DNA of 64,000 bases, taken from Candidatus Bathyarchaeia archaeon. GTDB taxonomy: Archaea > Thermoproteota > Bathyarchaeia > Bathyarchaeales > Bathyarchaeaceae. Position 1 is the first letter of the stretch. Every line of letters begins with the position of its first letter. Location of the stretch: assembly GCA_035283685.1 (NCBI GenBank), contig DATETJ010000002.1, positions 421,362-485,361 of the forward strand, in the 5' to 3' direction. Shown here piece after piece: positions 1 through 9,564 of this stretch. The notes under the pieces were generated by a model. That model was not told the DNA's origin and did no database searches. It worked only from the letters and a program-made list of their open reading frames with translations. The translations under genes were made by a program, and so were the position numbers.

Positions 1-805
1 CGCGAAAGGTAAGTTTGCCCTCGATTACAGTTGTGGGCGTCTCGACTTCGATGTCAAGTGCGACTCTTCGAAATTCGGGAACAGGATACTCCAGCAGCCT
101 TGCCCAGTTCTCGATGGGTTGAAGGAACTCTTTGGGTTCGTTTGTGAACAGAGTCTGAATTTTCCTCACGCTGCTTTCTGCAGCTTCGTCCTTTACAGGG
201 ACAAGTTCGCCTTTCTCGACCTTGTAAATCATGCCCGGCGCCAGTTGATTGTCGTAAATGTAGTTTTGGTAGTATTTGATGGCGGCTTCCCAGACTTTGG
301 CGGGTTGTTTCATGCCCATTTTTTCCCATTGTTGAGGAATGATGTCGCGAAGTGTGCCCTGCGGTTGACCGCCTACAGCCAACGGGTCCTTAGTTACAAG
401 CCTTGTCAATTGCACTTCCCGGTTGAGTAACGGGTCTTTTTTTTCAACGATTTCAAAGTGGTCGAACCCGGGATGTTTAATGACCTGGTCTATCTTCTCC
501 AGTTCTATGGGAGATAGGTTTGTCAACAGGTAGGGTTTGTGCCCTTTGTTGTCGCGCCAGAAGTAGATTCGCTGAGACTTGGGTTCATAGAGTTTGATTA
601 AGGCTTTTCTCTGGTCGCCGTCGTACGTTGCGGAGACAAAATATGAGGCTGGAAGGTTTGGCGGGGCTTCAAAGTCTCTCTTTTGGGATCTCCTTTGCTC
701 AAGCGGGGCGCTCACTGATGGCCTGGGCTCGGTTTTCTCTTCCGTTTTGGCTTCCGCTTTGGGCTTCGCTGCCTCAAAGTACTGGTCGAGTCTGCTTCTG
801 CTCAT
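1..805 (-). CDS. polB: Family B DNA polymerase, N-terminal part (partial; continues beyond window start)
   Basis: It is truncated by the window edge, so it is absent from the ORF track. The minus-strand frame is open from the ATG at 803-805 down to position 2. My translation reads MSRSRLDQYFEAAKPK...ATYDGDQRKALIKLYEPKSQRIYFWRDNKGHKPYLL...PEFRRVALDIEVETP. The layout and the terminal D-I-E (ExoI) motif fit the archaeal PolB N-terminal/exonuclease region. Confidence 0.75.
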   Translation of the reverse strand, partial: MSRSRLDQYFEAAKPKAEAKTEEKTEPRPSVSAPLEQRRSQKRDFEAPPNLPASYFVSATYDGDQRKALIKLYEPKSQRIYFWRDNKGHKPYLLTNLSPIELEKIDQVIKHPGFDHFEIVEKKDPLLNREVQLTRLVTKDPLAVGGQPQGTLRDIIPQQWEKMGMKQPAKVWEAAIKYYQNYIYDNQLAPGMIYKVEKGELVPVKDEAAESSVRKIQTLFTNEPKEFLQPIENWARLLEYPVPEFRRVALDIEVETPTTVIEGKLTFR

Positions 806-883
806 TTTCTGTTTTTATCCCAACCCATATTCGGCTGACTGCCTTAAAATGTTCGCTAACACATCTCTGGCAAAACTCATATC

Positions 884-2266
884 TTGACGCATGGTTTCTG
901 TATCCAATCAAACGGAGCAACGTCATTGCTTAAAGATGCTTGGGCACTTGCCATAGAAACCCTGAGCTGGATCGAACTGCAGAGGCTTGGAGAACGCCTC
1001 GCGTTAGCTAGAGCCTCGAAGCAACTGGCAATCCAAGATCCAAAGGTTGTTGGCTTGGCTCACAAGCTTGTTTTCGAAACTCAGCGACGCCTAAACGTCA
1101 TTGACTCAGCTCTAGCTATTGCCCTGGCTCCAAAATCGCTGGGCGAATACAGACTAGGCGTTCAATCTTTTCTACGCTTGTACGCCTGCAGAGTGCTGTT
1201 CGAAAGCGCTGACCTAGAGGAAGCTGTTGCGATGGCGAGTATGGCACGCTCGATACTCGGTTGGCACCAGTTAAACGATGTTGAAGAGGCTTTAGGGAAA
1301 CTACTAAGCCTCCCGCTGACCGACGTCTACAAGGGCGCTGGAGACGAGGAGACAATGGCGCTTCGAACGTTCAACCCAACATGGTTCGTGAAATATTGCT
1401 TCAAGATGCTTGGAAGAGGCCAAGCACTGAATTTTCTTGAAAGCGCTGCTCTGTCGACACCCACATTCATACGCGTCAATGCACTCAAAGCCTCGGAGGA
1501 AACGTGTCTTCAAATGCTGAGGGAGGAAGGCGTGACCTTGGAGAAGGAGCCCCTCTTGAAACATGCTTACAGAGTGGTTGAGACTCGCAAACCGTTGATG
1601 CGCACTCAGAGCTTTCGCGAAGGCTACTTTTACATACAGGACAAGGCAAGTTCTTTCGCTGCTGAAGTAGCAGACCCCAAACCGGGCGACACAGTCTTGG
1701 ACATCTGTGCGGCGCCTGGAGCCAAGACCACATATCTAGCGCAGTTGATGCAGAATGAAGGCACCATTTACTCCATTGATTATTCTAGGCGGCGGATTCA
1801 GGAGTGGAAACGGGAGACCAAGAGAATGGGCGTCAAGAATTCGGTAGCAATCATTGCGGATGCACAAAGACAACTGCCAATAACCTTAGCTGCAGACCTT
1901 GTGGTTCTAGATCCGCCCTGTACCAGTACTGGAGCGTTCGGCAAAACTCCCTCAGCAAAGTGGCGCTTGACCAAGCGTTCTGTTTTCACAATGGCAGAGA
2001 TTCAATGGAACATGCTTAACAACTGCGCAGGCCAAGTGAAAGATGGCGGGCACCTGCTCTATTCAACCTGCAGCGTTGCGCTAGAGGAGAACGAGATGCT
2101 GATTGAGAGATTCTTGAGATGGCGCCCAGAGTTCAAGCTTGTAACCACGACGCCTCGATTAGGCTTGCCAGGTTTTCGTGGGCTAAGCGAGTGTCAGAGG
2201 TTATACCCACACATTCATGACTGTAATGGTTTTTTTGTGGCAAAACTTGTGAAAGAAGACGCTTGA
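884..2266 (+). CDS. NOL1/NOP2/Sun-family RNA cytosine-C5 methyltransferase (RsmB/Trm4-like)
   Basis: 460-aa ORF with the SAM-binding motif LDICAAPGAKTT and the catalytic Cys motifs DPPCTSTG and YSTCS. The track start is TTG, so the true start is uncertain. Confidence 0.85.
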   Translation: MTHGFCIQSNGATSLLKDAWALAIETLSWIELQRLGERLALARASKQLAIQDPKVVGLAHKLVFETQRRLNVIDSALAIALAPKSLGEYRLGVQSFLRLYACRVLFESADLEEAVAMASMARSILGWHQLNDVEEALGKLLSLPLTDVYKGAGDEETMALRTFNPTWFVKYCFKMLGRGQALNFLESAALSTPTFIRVNALKASEETCLQMLREEGVTLEKEPLLKHAYRVVETRKPLMRTQSFREGYFYIQDKASSFAAEVADPKPGDTVLDICAAPGAKTTYLAQLMQNEGTIYSIDYSRRRIQEWKRETKRMGVKNSVAIIADAQRQLPITLAADLVVLDPPCTSTGAFGKTPSAKWRLTKRSVFTMAEIQWNMLNNCAGQVKDGGHLLYSTCSVALEENEMLIERFLRWRPEFKLVTTTPRLGLPGFRGLSECQRLYPHIHDCNGFFVAKLVKEDA

Positions 2267-2300
2267 CTCCTTAAGCCTCTTTTTCTCAATTCCGCTAATT

Positions 2301-3182
2301 TCAAGAGCTTTCAAGTACGGACAGAATCTCGAATATGGTTCTCGCAGCCTGTATGCTTGTTACACCATTGTCGTATGGAGGCGCGACCTCAACGAGGTCA
2401 AAAGCAATAATCCGTTCGTCGCAGATTTCGCTTAGCAAGTCGTAAAACATGTGCGCGCATAGGCCGTCAGGCTCAGGGTTCTGAACCGCTGGCGCGAAAG
2501 CAGGATCTAACACGTCCATGTCAACAGTCAAGTAGATTTTTTTGATGTCGCCAAGCATTTTGGAGATTTTCTCTGTAGTCTTTTTGATTCCTTCTTCTCG
2601 GATTTGCTGAGTAGTTATGAAGCTGATTCCTGCTTTCTTGGCGTAGTCTAATTCTTCCTTGCAAACCGCGCGAGTGCCTATTTCAACTATCTTGGTGGGC
2701 TTTGCTTGCTCGTTGATGCGTCTCATGAATGTAGTGTGCGAGATCCTCAGATTCATGTACTCATCTCGCAGATCCAGGTGGGCGTCGAAATCGAGTATGG
2801 CGAAGTTTTTGCCCACTGCTTGAGCTGCGCCTAAAGTAATTGTGTGTTCTCCGCCGATCAAGGCTGGAATCTTTTTGGCGCCAACGAGTTCTTTCTCGAC
2901 GAGTTCAAGGCGTCTCAGCGTCTCTTTTACGTCGCTGGTTACGTGCAGGTCGCCTGAGTCGTGAAGGCGGACGTTCTCGATGTCGATTCCCGAGCGGAAA
3001 CTGTAGGTTTCGATGTTCAGAGATGCGTCTCGAATAGCTAGTGGTGCGAATCTGGATCCAGTTCGGTATGTGCTCGTTATGTCGAATGGAACGCCTAAAA
3101 TAACGTAAGGCGCTTGGACAAATGGCTTCTGGACACCACTAAATATTGCTGATGGTGATGAGTAGAGTTCACGATAGCTCAT
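2301..3182 (-). CDS. speB: Agmatinase (arginase/ureohydrolase family)
   Basis: 293 aa with the Mn-binding motifs GGEHTIT, DAHLDLRD and DMDVLDPAFAP. Confidence 0.85.
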   Translation of the reverse strand: MSYRELYSSPSAIFSGVQKPFVQAPYVILGVPFDITSTYRTGSRFAPLAIRDASLNIETYSFRSGIDIENVRLHDSGDLHVTSDVKETLRRLELVEKELVGAKKIPALIGGEHTITLGAAQAVGKNFAILDFDAHLDLRDEYMNLRISHTTFMRRINEQAKPTKIVEIGTRAVCKEELDYAKKAGISFITTQQIREEGIKKTTEKISKMLGDIKKIYLTVDMDVLDPAFAPAVQNPEPDGLCAHMFYDLLSEICDERIIAFDLVEVAPPYDNGVTSIQAARTIFEILSVLESS

Positions 3183-3573
3183 GCCATCTTATTGATATGT
3201 AATTGTTCTAAACTCTTTGCCCGAGTTAGCGGATGTCTGAGCGCAAATGTTAAATATGCCGTATGTCATAGTCTAAGTTGAGCAATGCCCGAAACCGTTG
3301 AGGTCAACGAAGACAAGACCCTGCGTGGATTTCTGTGAAAAGGCGTGCTCCTTTGAAGTGAACGCCCACAACATAACGGTAACTGCTGGCTCTAGCATCC
3401 GATCGAAGTAAACTGATCCTCAACGGCGGGAAATGGCGCGGGCGAGTGATTTTCTCTCTCTTCTTTCCGACTTTCCGATGAGCTCCGCGCCGTCCGCTTT
3501 CCTAACAGCACATAGCCAAGACACCGTAACAGATTTATTAATTCGCATGCACTAGCAATAGGCTAAAAAGAGG

Positions 3574-3963
3574 ATGAACCAGTTGGCTTCATGGTTGAAG
3601 GTCAAACGTCGCGACGCTCTGCTACTTACGGTCTTCTACGCCGCCGTTGGTGTACTACAACTAGCAACATTGGCTTTAGTGGACATTAAAATGGTGTGGA
3701 TAGGCATCTTGGCCATTCTAAGCCTGATCGCAGCGTACGGGTTGTTCACAGTTAAAAAGTGGGTTGTCTGGCTTGTAGTCGCCTTGTTCTTTCCGCAAGT
3801 TGTATTTGGAACAACAACTCTCTACGGCTCAATTTCGCTTTACTCATTTAGCTCAGAACTGACTCTATTACTCTTGGACGTTAGCTTGGTCGTATTCATT
3901 GTTCTTTCATTCGTCTCTTTCGTATATGTTGCAGCCAAGAGGAAAACGTTTCAACCAGCGTAA
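3574..3963 (+). CDS. Small integral membrane protein (about 4 TM), function unknown
   Basis: 129-aa ORF with four hydrophobic helices. I recognise no family. Confidence 0.5.
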   Translation: MNQLASWLKVKRRDALLLTVFYAAVGVLQLATLALVDIKMVWIGILAILSLIAAYGLFTVKKWVVWLVVALFFPQVVFGTTTLYGSISLYSFSSELTLLLLDVSLVVFIVLSFVSFVYVAAKRKTFQPA

Positions 3964-3969
3964 GAACGC

Positions 3970-4665
3970 TTAACGCACTTTCTCGTAGCGTCGCCTCTGT
4001 CTAGCTCTGAAGCTTGTCCACATGCCAGTCAGCCAAGCGACATAAAGCCTGAGTCGTCCCCATTTCTGCAGTCGTCGCGGATTCTCCACAACATAAAAGT
4101 CAAGTAGAAACAAGTATCGTCCAAATCTCAAGGCGCGTCTGACCAGTTCCTGTTCTTCAGCCACAATTATGTTTGGGTTGAAGCCACCAATTTGCTTGAA
4201 GATTGATCTCCTTATGAGCATGCAGTTACCATGGGCACCTCCCAGCCTCAACTTACTTGACGCAAAAGTCGAAAAGTTCACGAACTCGTACATCACGCGG
4301 TCTATTATGCCACCACTCTGCGGGATTTTTCGGCAGCTGACGCCCACTACGCTTTCATCCTTCATTAGTTTGGCAAACCGTTCAAGCGCATCAAAGGGCA
4401 AAAAAGTGTCGGCATCCATGAACACCAAGATCTCGCCGTGCACGTGGCGTGCGCCCTGATTTCTGGCATCTGCCGCGGAGCGGTCTGAAGCAGAAATGAC
4501 TGTGTCTGCCAGTTCCTTCGAGGTTCGTGCGGTTCGATCTTGACTTTTTCCATCTTTTACTATTACTTCATAATCAGTGTAGGTTTGTTTCCTCAGAACC
4601 TGCAGTGTCTTCCTGATGTATTTCTCTTCGTTGTAGGCTGGAATAACAATTGAGAATTTCACCAT
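3970..4665 (-). CDS. Family 2 glycosyltransferase
   Basis: It has the N-terminal FSIVIPAYNEE motif and a DAD acidic motif (VFMDADTF), typical of the GT2 GT-A fold. Confidence 0.8.
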   Translation of the reverse strand: MVKFSIVIPAYNEEKYIRKTLQVLRKQTYTDYEVIVKDGKSQDRTARTSKELADTVISASDRSAADARNQGARHVHGEILVFMDADTFLPFDALERFAKLMKDESVVGVSCRKIPQSGGIIDRVMYEFVNFSTFASSKLRLGGAHGNCMLIRRSIFKQIGGFNPNIIVAEEQELVRRALRFGRYLFLLDFYVVENPRRLQKWGRLRLYVAWLTGMWTSFRARQRRRYEKVR

Positions 4666-4681
4666 TCTTTTCGACGCACGC

Positions 4682-6586
4682 CTACCTTCGGAGACGAAGC
4701 CGCAATTCCGTCTTGACCAATTGGGTAATGTTGTTCTTGGACAGTGTTGGACGGCTGAATTTGCATTTGACCGTGTTTATGTCTTCGCCTACGAAGTGGA
4801 TTCTTTGTGGGTCTATTTCGCCCATGTTTTGCTGATGCGCTCGCCATAGAGGTTCAACGGCATACGGGTTCAATCCGGCGATTTGGCAACATGCGGCGTC
4901 AACTGTCACAGCGTTGCGACCGCTGATGATCAAGCCTAAATCCACTTTGTTGCCTAGAATTGGTCCCAAGCCTTCCATGGCTACTATCCCATCTGTTATG
5001 ATCAAGTCTTGGCGAACAATCTTGTTCAGATACACGACGACTTCGGCGAGACGTGAATGAAGGTATGTTTTCTTCTGGGGAGCCACAAACCCAAACATGT
5101 TCTTCATTGCGATGGAAAGGATGACGTCCATGTTGGTTTTGAACTTTGGCACGTTGATTATGTAGTCGGCTCGCAACGCCATCTTAGGCAAAGCCAAAGT
5201 CAAGCCTGCAACTTTGTGTTCTTCCACATCATCCTTGCTAAGATTGAAGAACTCAGCGCCACATTTCTTGACTACGTCCAAGGTGCCTGTGTTTGATAGT
5301 CGTTTTTCAGCGGTGCCCGAGGCAGCGTCGGACTCGACTACTATTACATTCTTGCTTTTTTTCTTGGCGAGGTCCAAGACAGCCCCTAAGAGTTTCGGGT
5401 CGGTGATTATCATGCCGTCTGGGTTTTTCGGAAAGCAGACGTTCGGCTTGACCAACACTAGGTCGTTTTTCTTGATGCCTAAGCCGCCTAACATGTCAAC
5501 TGATTTTTGCACCGTTGCGTCGATTGTGTCTCCGTTTTCACGCAGAACAACTACCGTGTCTCCTTTGAGCAGTGAAGCACATGCGTTGCCTTGGTAGCAG
5601 TCTGTCACCGTGTTCAAAGCGCGGACGAGTTCTACGCCGTCATCTACTGACACCTGCGGCTCAGTTTCTCCTTGAGCGCACTTGAGAAAGTGCAAATGCT
5701 CATTGGCATAAGAGGGATGCTTGAAACGCAGAACATCTATGTACTGACGCAGCCGTGGCCCCAGACTTATTGAGCGAGATTGACCATTTTCCGTCACAGC
5801 GATATTGTATGGCGTGCGTAGGATGTTCATTTCGATCTCGCCGTTTTCACCAATCACATCAAACTTCAATGTTGGCATAAGTCCAATCCACTTAGCCGTC
5901 AGTTCAGCTTGGGCACCATGCGCTAGCGAGGCTTTAACATCCACAACGCTGACTACGCCGCCTTTCAACTGAGGTTCAATGCAATCAACTTTCTCCAGTG
6001 GGCCGCCCAAACGTTGCACAAGATACAGCAGATGGGGAAACAGGTCTTCTAAAACGCCACATTTGGCTTGATTGCGAAAGTCCGATTTAGCTCCATAGAA
6101 CTGCAAATTGGTGGCGATGCAAGCATCAATTTTCTTTATTTTCCCGATTCTGCCGCTTTCAACTACTTTGAGAGCTTCAACGAAACAAGGCGTGAAAATG
6201 AAGTTGTGCGCAGGCATGAGAAAGAGTTGTTGCGGCGCGGTTTTGCGCTGCATCTCATAGGCTTTCTTCACCGTCAATGCTTCATCAAAGGTTGAAGCAA
6301 GCGGCTTCTCACACAATACATGTTTGCCCCATTCAAGCGAGTCCATAACTACTTGAAAATGGTGTTCAGGCGGCGTGCAAACAAGAACAGCGTCAATGTC
6401 CGCCTTGGCCAGCATGCGCCTGTAATCGTCGTAAGCTTCGTCTATCTCAAACTTTTGCTTGACTTCTTCAAGTCGAGCCTGATTCAAGTCGGAGGCTGCA
6501 ACCAAGTCGTAGCCTTGGATGTGCTTCAGAGAGGGCATGTGTACCGCTGTGGCGATTCGGCCGCAGCCCACAACTCCGACTTTCAC
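4682..6586 (-). CDS. Fusion protein: Gfo/Idh/MocA NAD(P)-dependent oxidoreductase (N-terminal) + DUF362 domain (C-terminal)
   Basis: 634 aa. The N-terminus has the Rossmann motif MKVGVVGCGRIA and the EKP motif (VLCEKPLA). The C-terminal half (VLVKPNVCFPKN...ITDGIVAMEGLGP) resembles DUF362. The GTG start overlaps the upstream MoeA stop (GTGA). Confidence 0.7.
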   Translation of the reverse strand: MKVGVVGCGRIATAVHMPSLKHIQGYDLVAASDLNQARLEEVKQKFEIDEAYDDYRRMLAKADIDAVLVCTPPEHHFQVVMDSLEWGKHVLCEKPLASTFDEALTVKKAYEMQRKTAPQQLFLMPAHNFIFTPCFVEALKVVESGRIGKIKKIDACIATNLQFYGAKSDFRNQAKCGVLEDLFPHLLYLVQRLGGPLEKVDCIEPQLKGGVVSVVDVKASLAHGAQAELTAKWIGLMPTLKFDVIGENGEIEMNILRTPYNIAVTENGQSRSISLGPRLRQYIDVLRFKHPSYANEHLHFLKCAQGETEPQVSVDDGVELVRALNTVTDCYQGNACASLLKGDTVVVLRENGDTIDATVQKSVDMLGGLGIKKNDLVLVKPNVCFPKNPDGMIITDPKLLGAVLDLAKKKSKNVIVVESDAASGTAEKRLSNTGTLDVVKKCGAEFFNLSKDDVEEHKVAGLTLALPKMALRADYIINVPKFKTNMDVILSIAMKNMFGFVAPQKKTYLHSRLAEVVVYLNKIVRQDLIITDGIVAMEGLGPILGNKVDLGLIISGRNAVTVDAACCQIAGLNPYAVEPLWRAHQQNMGEIDPQRIHFVGEDINTVKCKFSRPTLSKNNITQLVKTELRLRLRR

Positions 6587-7854
6587 TTGCGCTCTCCTCT
6601 CAATAGAGAATAATAGGTGCTGGGCTTAAACAATTCTGCATTCACGGTTGCGCCTTTCTCGACAAACTGCTGGCTCTCATGAATGACGATGAAGCCGTCT
6701 GCCTTGGACAGGGTTGTAATCGCTCCTGATAAGCCCGTGGGCACAGGTGTAGCCACAAGTTTGCCGGAACGCCCCTTGCTCAACGTGACTGTAACGTAGG
6801 TTCGTCTGCCTCTAGATGGAAAAAGCCGCTCTGGCACAGTGGCCTTCACGGTTATAGGTGGCGCTTCTTTTCTGCCAGCCATACGCATAAGGATGGGTCG
6901 CACGAAAATATGGAAGATCAACAGCGACGAAGCAGGATGTCCAGGTAGAGAGAAAATAGGCTTCCTATTTACAATCGAAATCGATGTCGGCTTTCCGGGT
7001 CGGATAGCAACCCCATATACTATCACGCCAGGCTTGCCCAACGTATTGAGAACTTTCGGAATAACGTCAGTAGGCCCAACAGACACTCCACCAGAAGTAA
7101 TGACAACATCAGCAGTCTCAAGTGCTTTCCGCAGAGCCGATTTCATTCTCTCAGGCTGGTCTTGAACAATGCCCATGTTCAAAGGCTCGCAGCCACATTC
7201 CAAAACAGCACTGCTCAAAGCATGAGCATTAATATCGAAGATTTTGCCCGACGTCAACGGCTTACCAGGTTCAACCACTTCTGCACCAGTTGAAAATATA
7301 GCAACAAGCGGACGCCTATACACATCAACCTTGGCAGATCCAACAGCAGCCAGAGCGCCGATTTCATAGGTCCAAAGCTCCTTATCCTTCTTCAGTACGA
7401 CTTCGTCCTTGTGGATGTCGGAGCCGGCCTTCATCACATTCTCGCCAACTGACACCGCTTGGCGAATTAGAACAAACTTGTCGTGTCGCTCCGTGTACTC
7501 AACCATAACAACTGCGTCTGCACCCACAGGTACAGGCGCGCCCGTCACAATTTCGGCTAAAGCGCCTTTCTGAATCCTCAGCTTAGGAGCTTCGCCAACG
7601 CTGACCCTTCCAACAAGCCTCAGTCTTAATGGCTGGTCTTCTTCAGCGCCAAACGTGTCCGCAGCCTTAACAGCGTAGCCATCAACTGTTGAACGGTGAA
7701 AAGGCGGAATATCAAACGCTGAGACCACATCTTTGGCTAGGACGCGGCTGTAGGCTTCCGAAAGCGAAACCACTTCGACTCCTACGGGTTTAGGCACATA
7801 GTGCCGATCTAAGATGCTCTTAGCCTCGTCCACTGACACCAGCCTTCTGAACAT
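6583..7854 (-). CDS. moeA: Molybdopterin molybdenum/tungsten transferase MoeA
   Basis: 423 aa with MoeA hallmarks: STVDGYAV, ITSGGVSVGPTD and SLPGHPAS. Confidence 0.85.
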   Translation of the reverse strand: MFRRLVSVDEAKSILDRHYVPKPVGVEVVSLSEAYSRVLAKDVVSAFDIPPFHRSTVDGYAVKAADTFGAEEDQPLRLRLVGRVSVGEAPKLRIQKGALAEIVTGAPVPVGADAVVMVEYTERHDKFVLIRQAVSVGENVMKAGSDIHKDEVVLKKDKELWTYEIGALAAVGSAKVDVYRRPLVAIFSTGAEVVEPGKPLTSGKIFDINAHALSSAVLECGCEPLNMGIVQDQPERMKSALRKALETADVVITSGGVSVGPTDVIPKVLNTLGKPGVIVYGVAIRPGKPTSISIVNRKPIFSLPGHPASSLLIFHIFVRPILMRMAGRKEAPPITVKATVPERLFPSRGRRTYVTVTLSKGRSGKLVATPVPTGLSGAITTLSKADGFIVIHESQQFVEKGATVNAELFKPSTYYSLLRGERK

Positions 7855-7860
7855 GTAATT

Positions 7861-9102
7861 TCACTTCTCCTCATCAGAGACTGAGCTGAAAAGATGCACA
7901 GTTACCATTTCTCCCTCAAGTAGGCCTTCCCTATCTTCAGGAATAATCACATACCCGTTAGCCTTAGTCAGCGAGGACAAAAGCCCTGAACCCTTTGCAA
8001 CCATGGGCTGCACATTAAACGCGCCTTTGCGCAATGAAACCTTGACTCTAAGGTAAACTCGGCGTCCTAAGGCTCCCGCCACACGCCTCGAGAGTTGCGC
8101 TTGAATCATCGGGCGAGTCTCTTTTTCCGCTCCCGACAGCTTTAGCAGAGTTGGTCTCACAAACACCTCGAAACCAACAGCCGCGGCAACTGGATAGCCG
8201 GACAAGACGAAAATTGGCTTGCCTTTGAGCACTCCAAGCGCAGTCGGCATGCCAGGTCGAAGAGCAACGCCGTGTACGACGATTCCCGGCTTACCCAATT
8301 TGCTCACAACAATGGGCACAAGGTCGGCGGCGCCCACGCTTGTTCCACCAGTCGTTATAACGATGTCGGCTTTCTCTAAGCCTTCCTCAATTCTTGACGC
8401 AATGGCGTTTTCGTCATCCTTAACTATGCCCAGATACACTGGGTCAGCGTCCAATTCTCGACACAAACCGGCGATCAAAAAGCGATTAGAGTTCACAATC
8501 TGGTTCGCCGAGGGTTTTTGGCCAATTTCCACTAGCTCATTGCCAGTTGACAATGTGGCTACTCGGGGTTTTCTCACAGCTCTGACTTGGGTTATTCCAA
8601 GCGCAGCCAACAGAGCAAGATGATGCGATTGAAGTCTTGTTCCAGCCCAGACTGCCACTTCGCCTTTCTTAATATCTTCGCCCTTTTTCGAAACATTTTC
8701 GCCGGGCGTAAGAGACGCTGCTATTTCTATGGCGTTTTTTGTTGTTTGAGTATGTTCCAGCATTACGACTGCGTCGGCACCGATGGAAAGCGGGTTGCCA
8801 GTCCATATTTGTCTGCCTTGTCCCTTGCTTATGCTACTCTTAGCGGTTAGCCTGAGGACTTTGGGCTTAAGCTGAGAAGCCTCAAAAGTGTCTTCCGCCT
8901 TGACCGCATAGCCATCGACTGCGGAGCGGTCGAATTGGGGCAGATCAGTAGGCGCAACTATGTTTTCTGCAGCAACGCGTCCAAGCGCGTTCTCAATTGC
9001 GACTGGACCGGCGTTGAGTGTCTTTGGTTTGAGTGCCTTGAAGAAAACGGCTAAGGCTTCGTCTATGCTGGTGAGCTTTTCGAATCCCTTAAGCCTGACC
9101 AA
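7861..9102 (-). CDS. moeA: MoeA paralogue (molybdopterin molybdenum/tungsten transferase)
   Basis: The ORF runs to 9234, but a MoeA-like N-terminus starts at LVRLKGFEKLTSIDEAL (TTG at 9102). A longer start would overlap the divergent gene at 9222. Motifs are SAVDGYAV, ITTGGTSVGAAD and LSGYPVAA. Confidence 0.8.
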   Translation of the reverse strand: MVRLKGFEKLTSIDEALAVFFKALKPKTLNAGPVAIENALGRVAAENIVAPTDLPQFDRSAVDGYAVKAEDTFEASQLKPKVLRLTAKSSISKGQGRQIWTGNPLSIGADAVVMLEHTQTTKNAIEIAASLTPGENVSKKGEDIKKGEVAVWAGTRLQSHHLALLAALGITQVRAVRKPRVATLSTGNELVEIGQKPSANQIVNSNRFLIAGLCRELDADPVYLGIVKDDENAIASRIEEGLEKADIVITTGGTSVGAADLVPIVVSKLGKPGIVVHGVALRPGMPTALGVLKGKPIFVLSGYPVAAAVGFEVFVRPTLLKLSGAEKETRPMIQAQLSRRVAGALGRRVYLRVKVSLRKGAFNVQPMVAKGSGLLSSLTKANGYVIIPEDREGLLEGEMVTVHLFSSVSDEEK

Positions 9103-9221
9103 ATGCTTCTTCCCCGCAAGCGATTGACAACAGTGTCTAAGCAAACCAAAATTTAAACTATTTATCTGGATACGTAAGAGGTATGAGGCAACATTAATGT
9201 TGCTGAAAAGGTCGTGAAGCA

Positions 9222-9560
9222 ATGGGCAAAGCAATCAGTTTCGACGATTTTCTTAGGGTTGACATGAGGGTTGGGCGAATCATCAAGGTTGAAGGCTTCC
9301 CTGAGACTCACAAACCAGCCTACAAGCTTGTCATAGACTTCGGAAAGCTTGGCGTTAAGAAGTCCAGCGCTCAAATAACCCAAAGATACACTAAGGAGCA
9401 GCTTTTGGGGCGACTAGTTGTGGCTGTTGTAAATTTTCCTCCTAAGCAAATAGCCAGCTTTGTCTCTGAAGTCCTGGTTCTCGGCGCTGTGACCAAAAAT
9501 CACGAGGTTGTCCTATTAAAGCCAGATGAGAATGTTGATCTTGGCGACAAGATCGCTTAA
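9222..9560 (+). CDS. tRNA-binding domain protein (CsaA/Trbp111-like OB fold)
   Basis: 112 aa. The stretch FLRVDMRVGRIIKVEGFPETHKPAYKLVIDFG...SSAQIT matches the CsaA/EMAPII-type tRNA-binding domain. Confidence 0.75.
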   Translation: MGKAISFDDFLRVDMRVGRIIKVEGFPETHKPAYKLVIDFGKLGVKKSSAQITQRYTKEQLLGRLVVAVVNFPPKQIASFVSEVLVLGAVTKNHEVVLLKPDENVDLGDKIA

Positions 9561-9564
9561 GAGC

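Noticed and set aside
3440-3480. RNase P RNA, suggested by GGAAAGUC (CR-I-like) and ACAGAAA on the minus strand
   Set aside because: I could not find the complementary P4 3' strand or other conserved regions by eye. The evidence is too weak for a feature call, so it is kept only as a low-interest finding.
9103-9234. Upstream extension of the second MoeA ORF
   Set aside because: It would overlap the start of the divergent tRNA-binding-protein gene at 9222. The extra 44 aa do not resemble a MoeA N-terminus. The alternative TTG start is itself only a guess.
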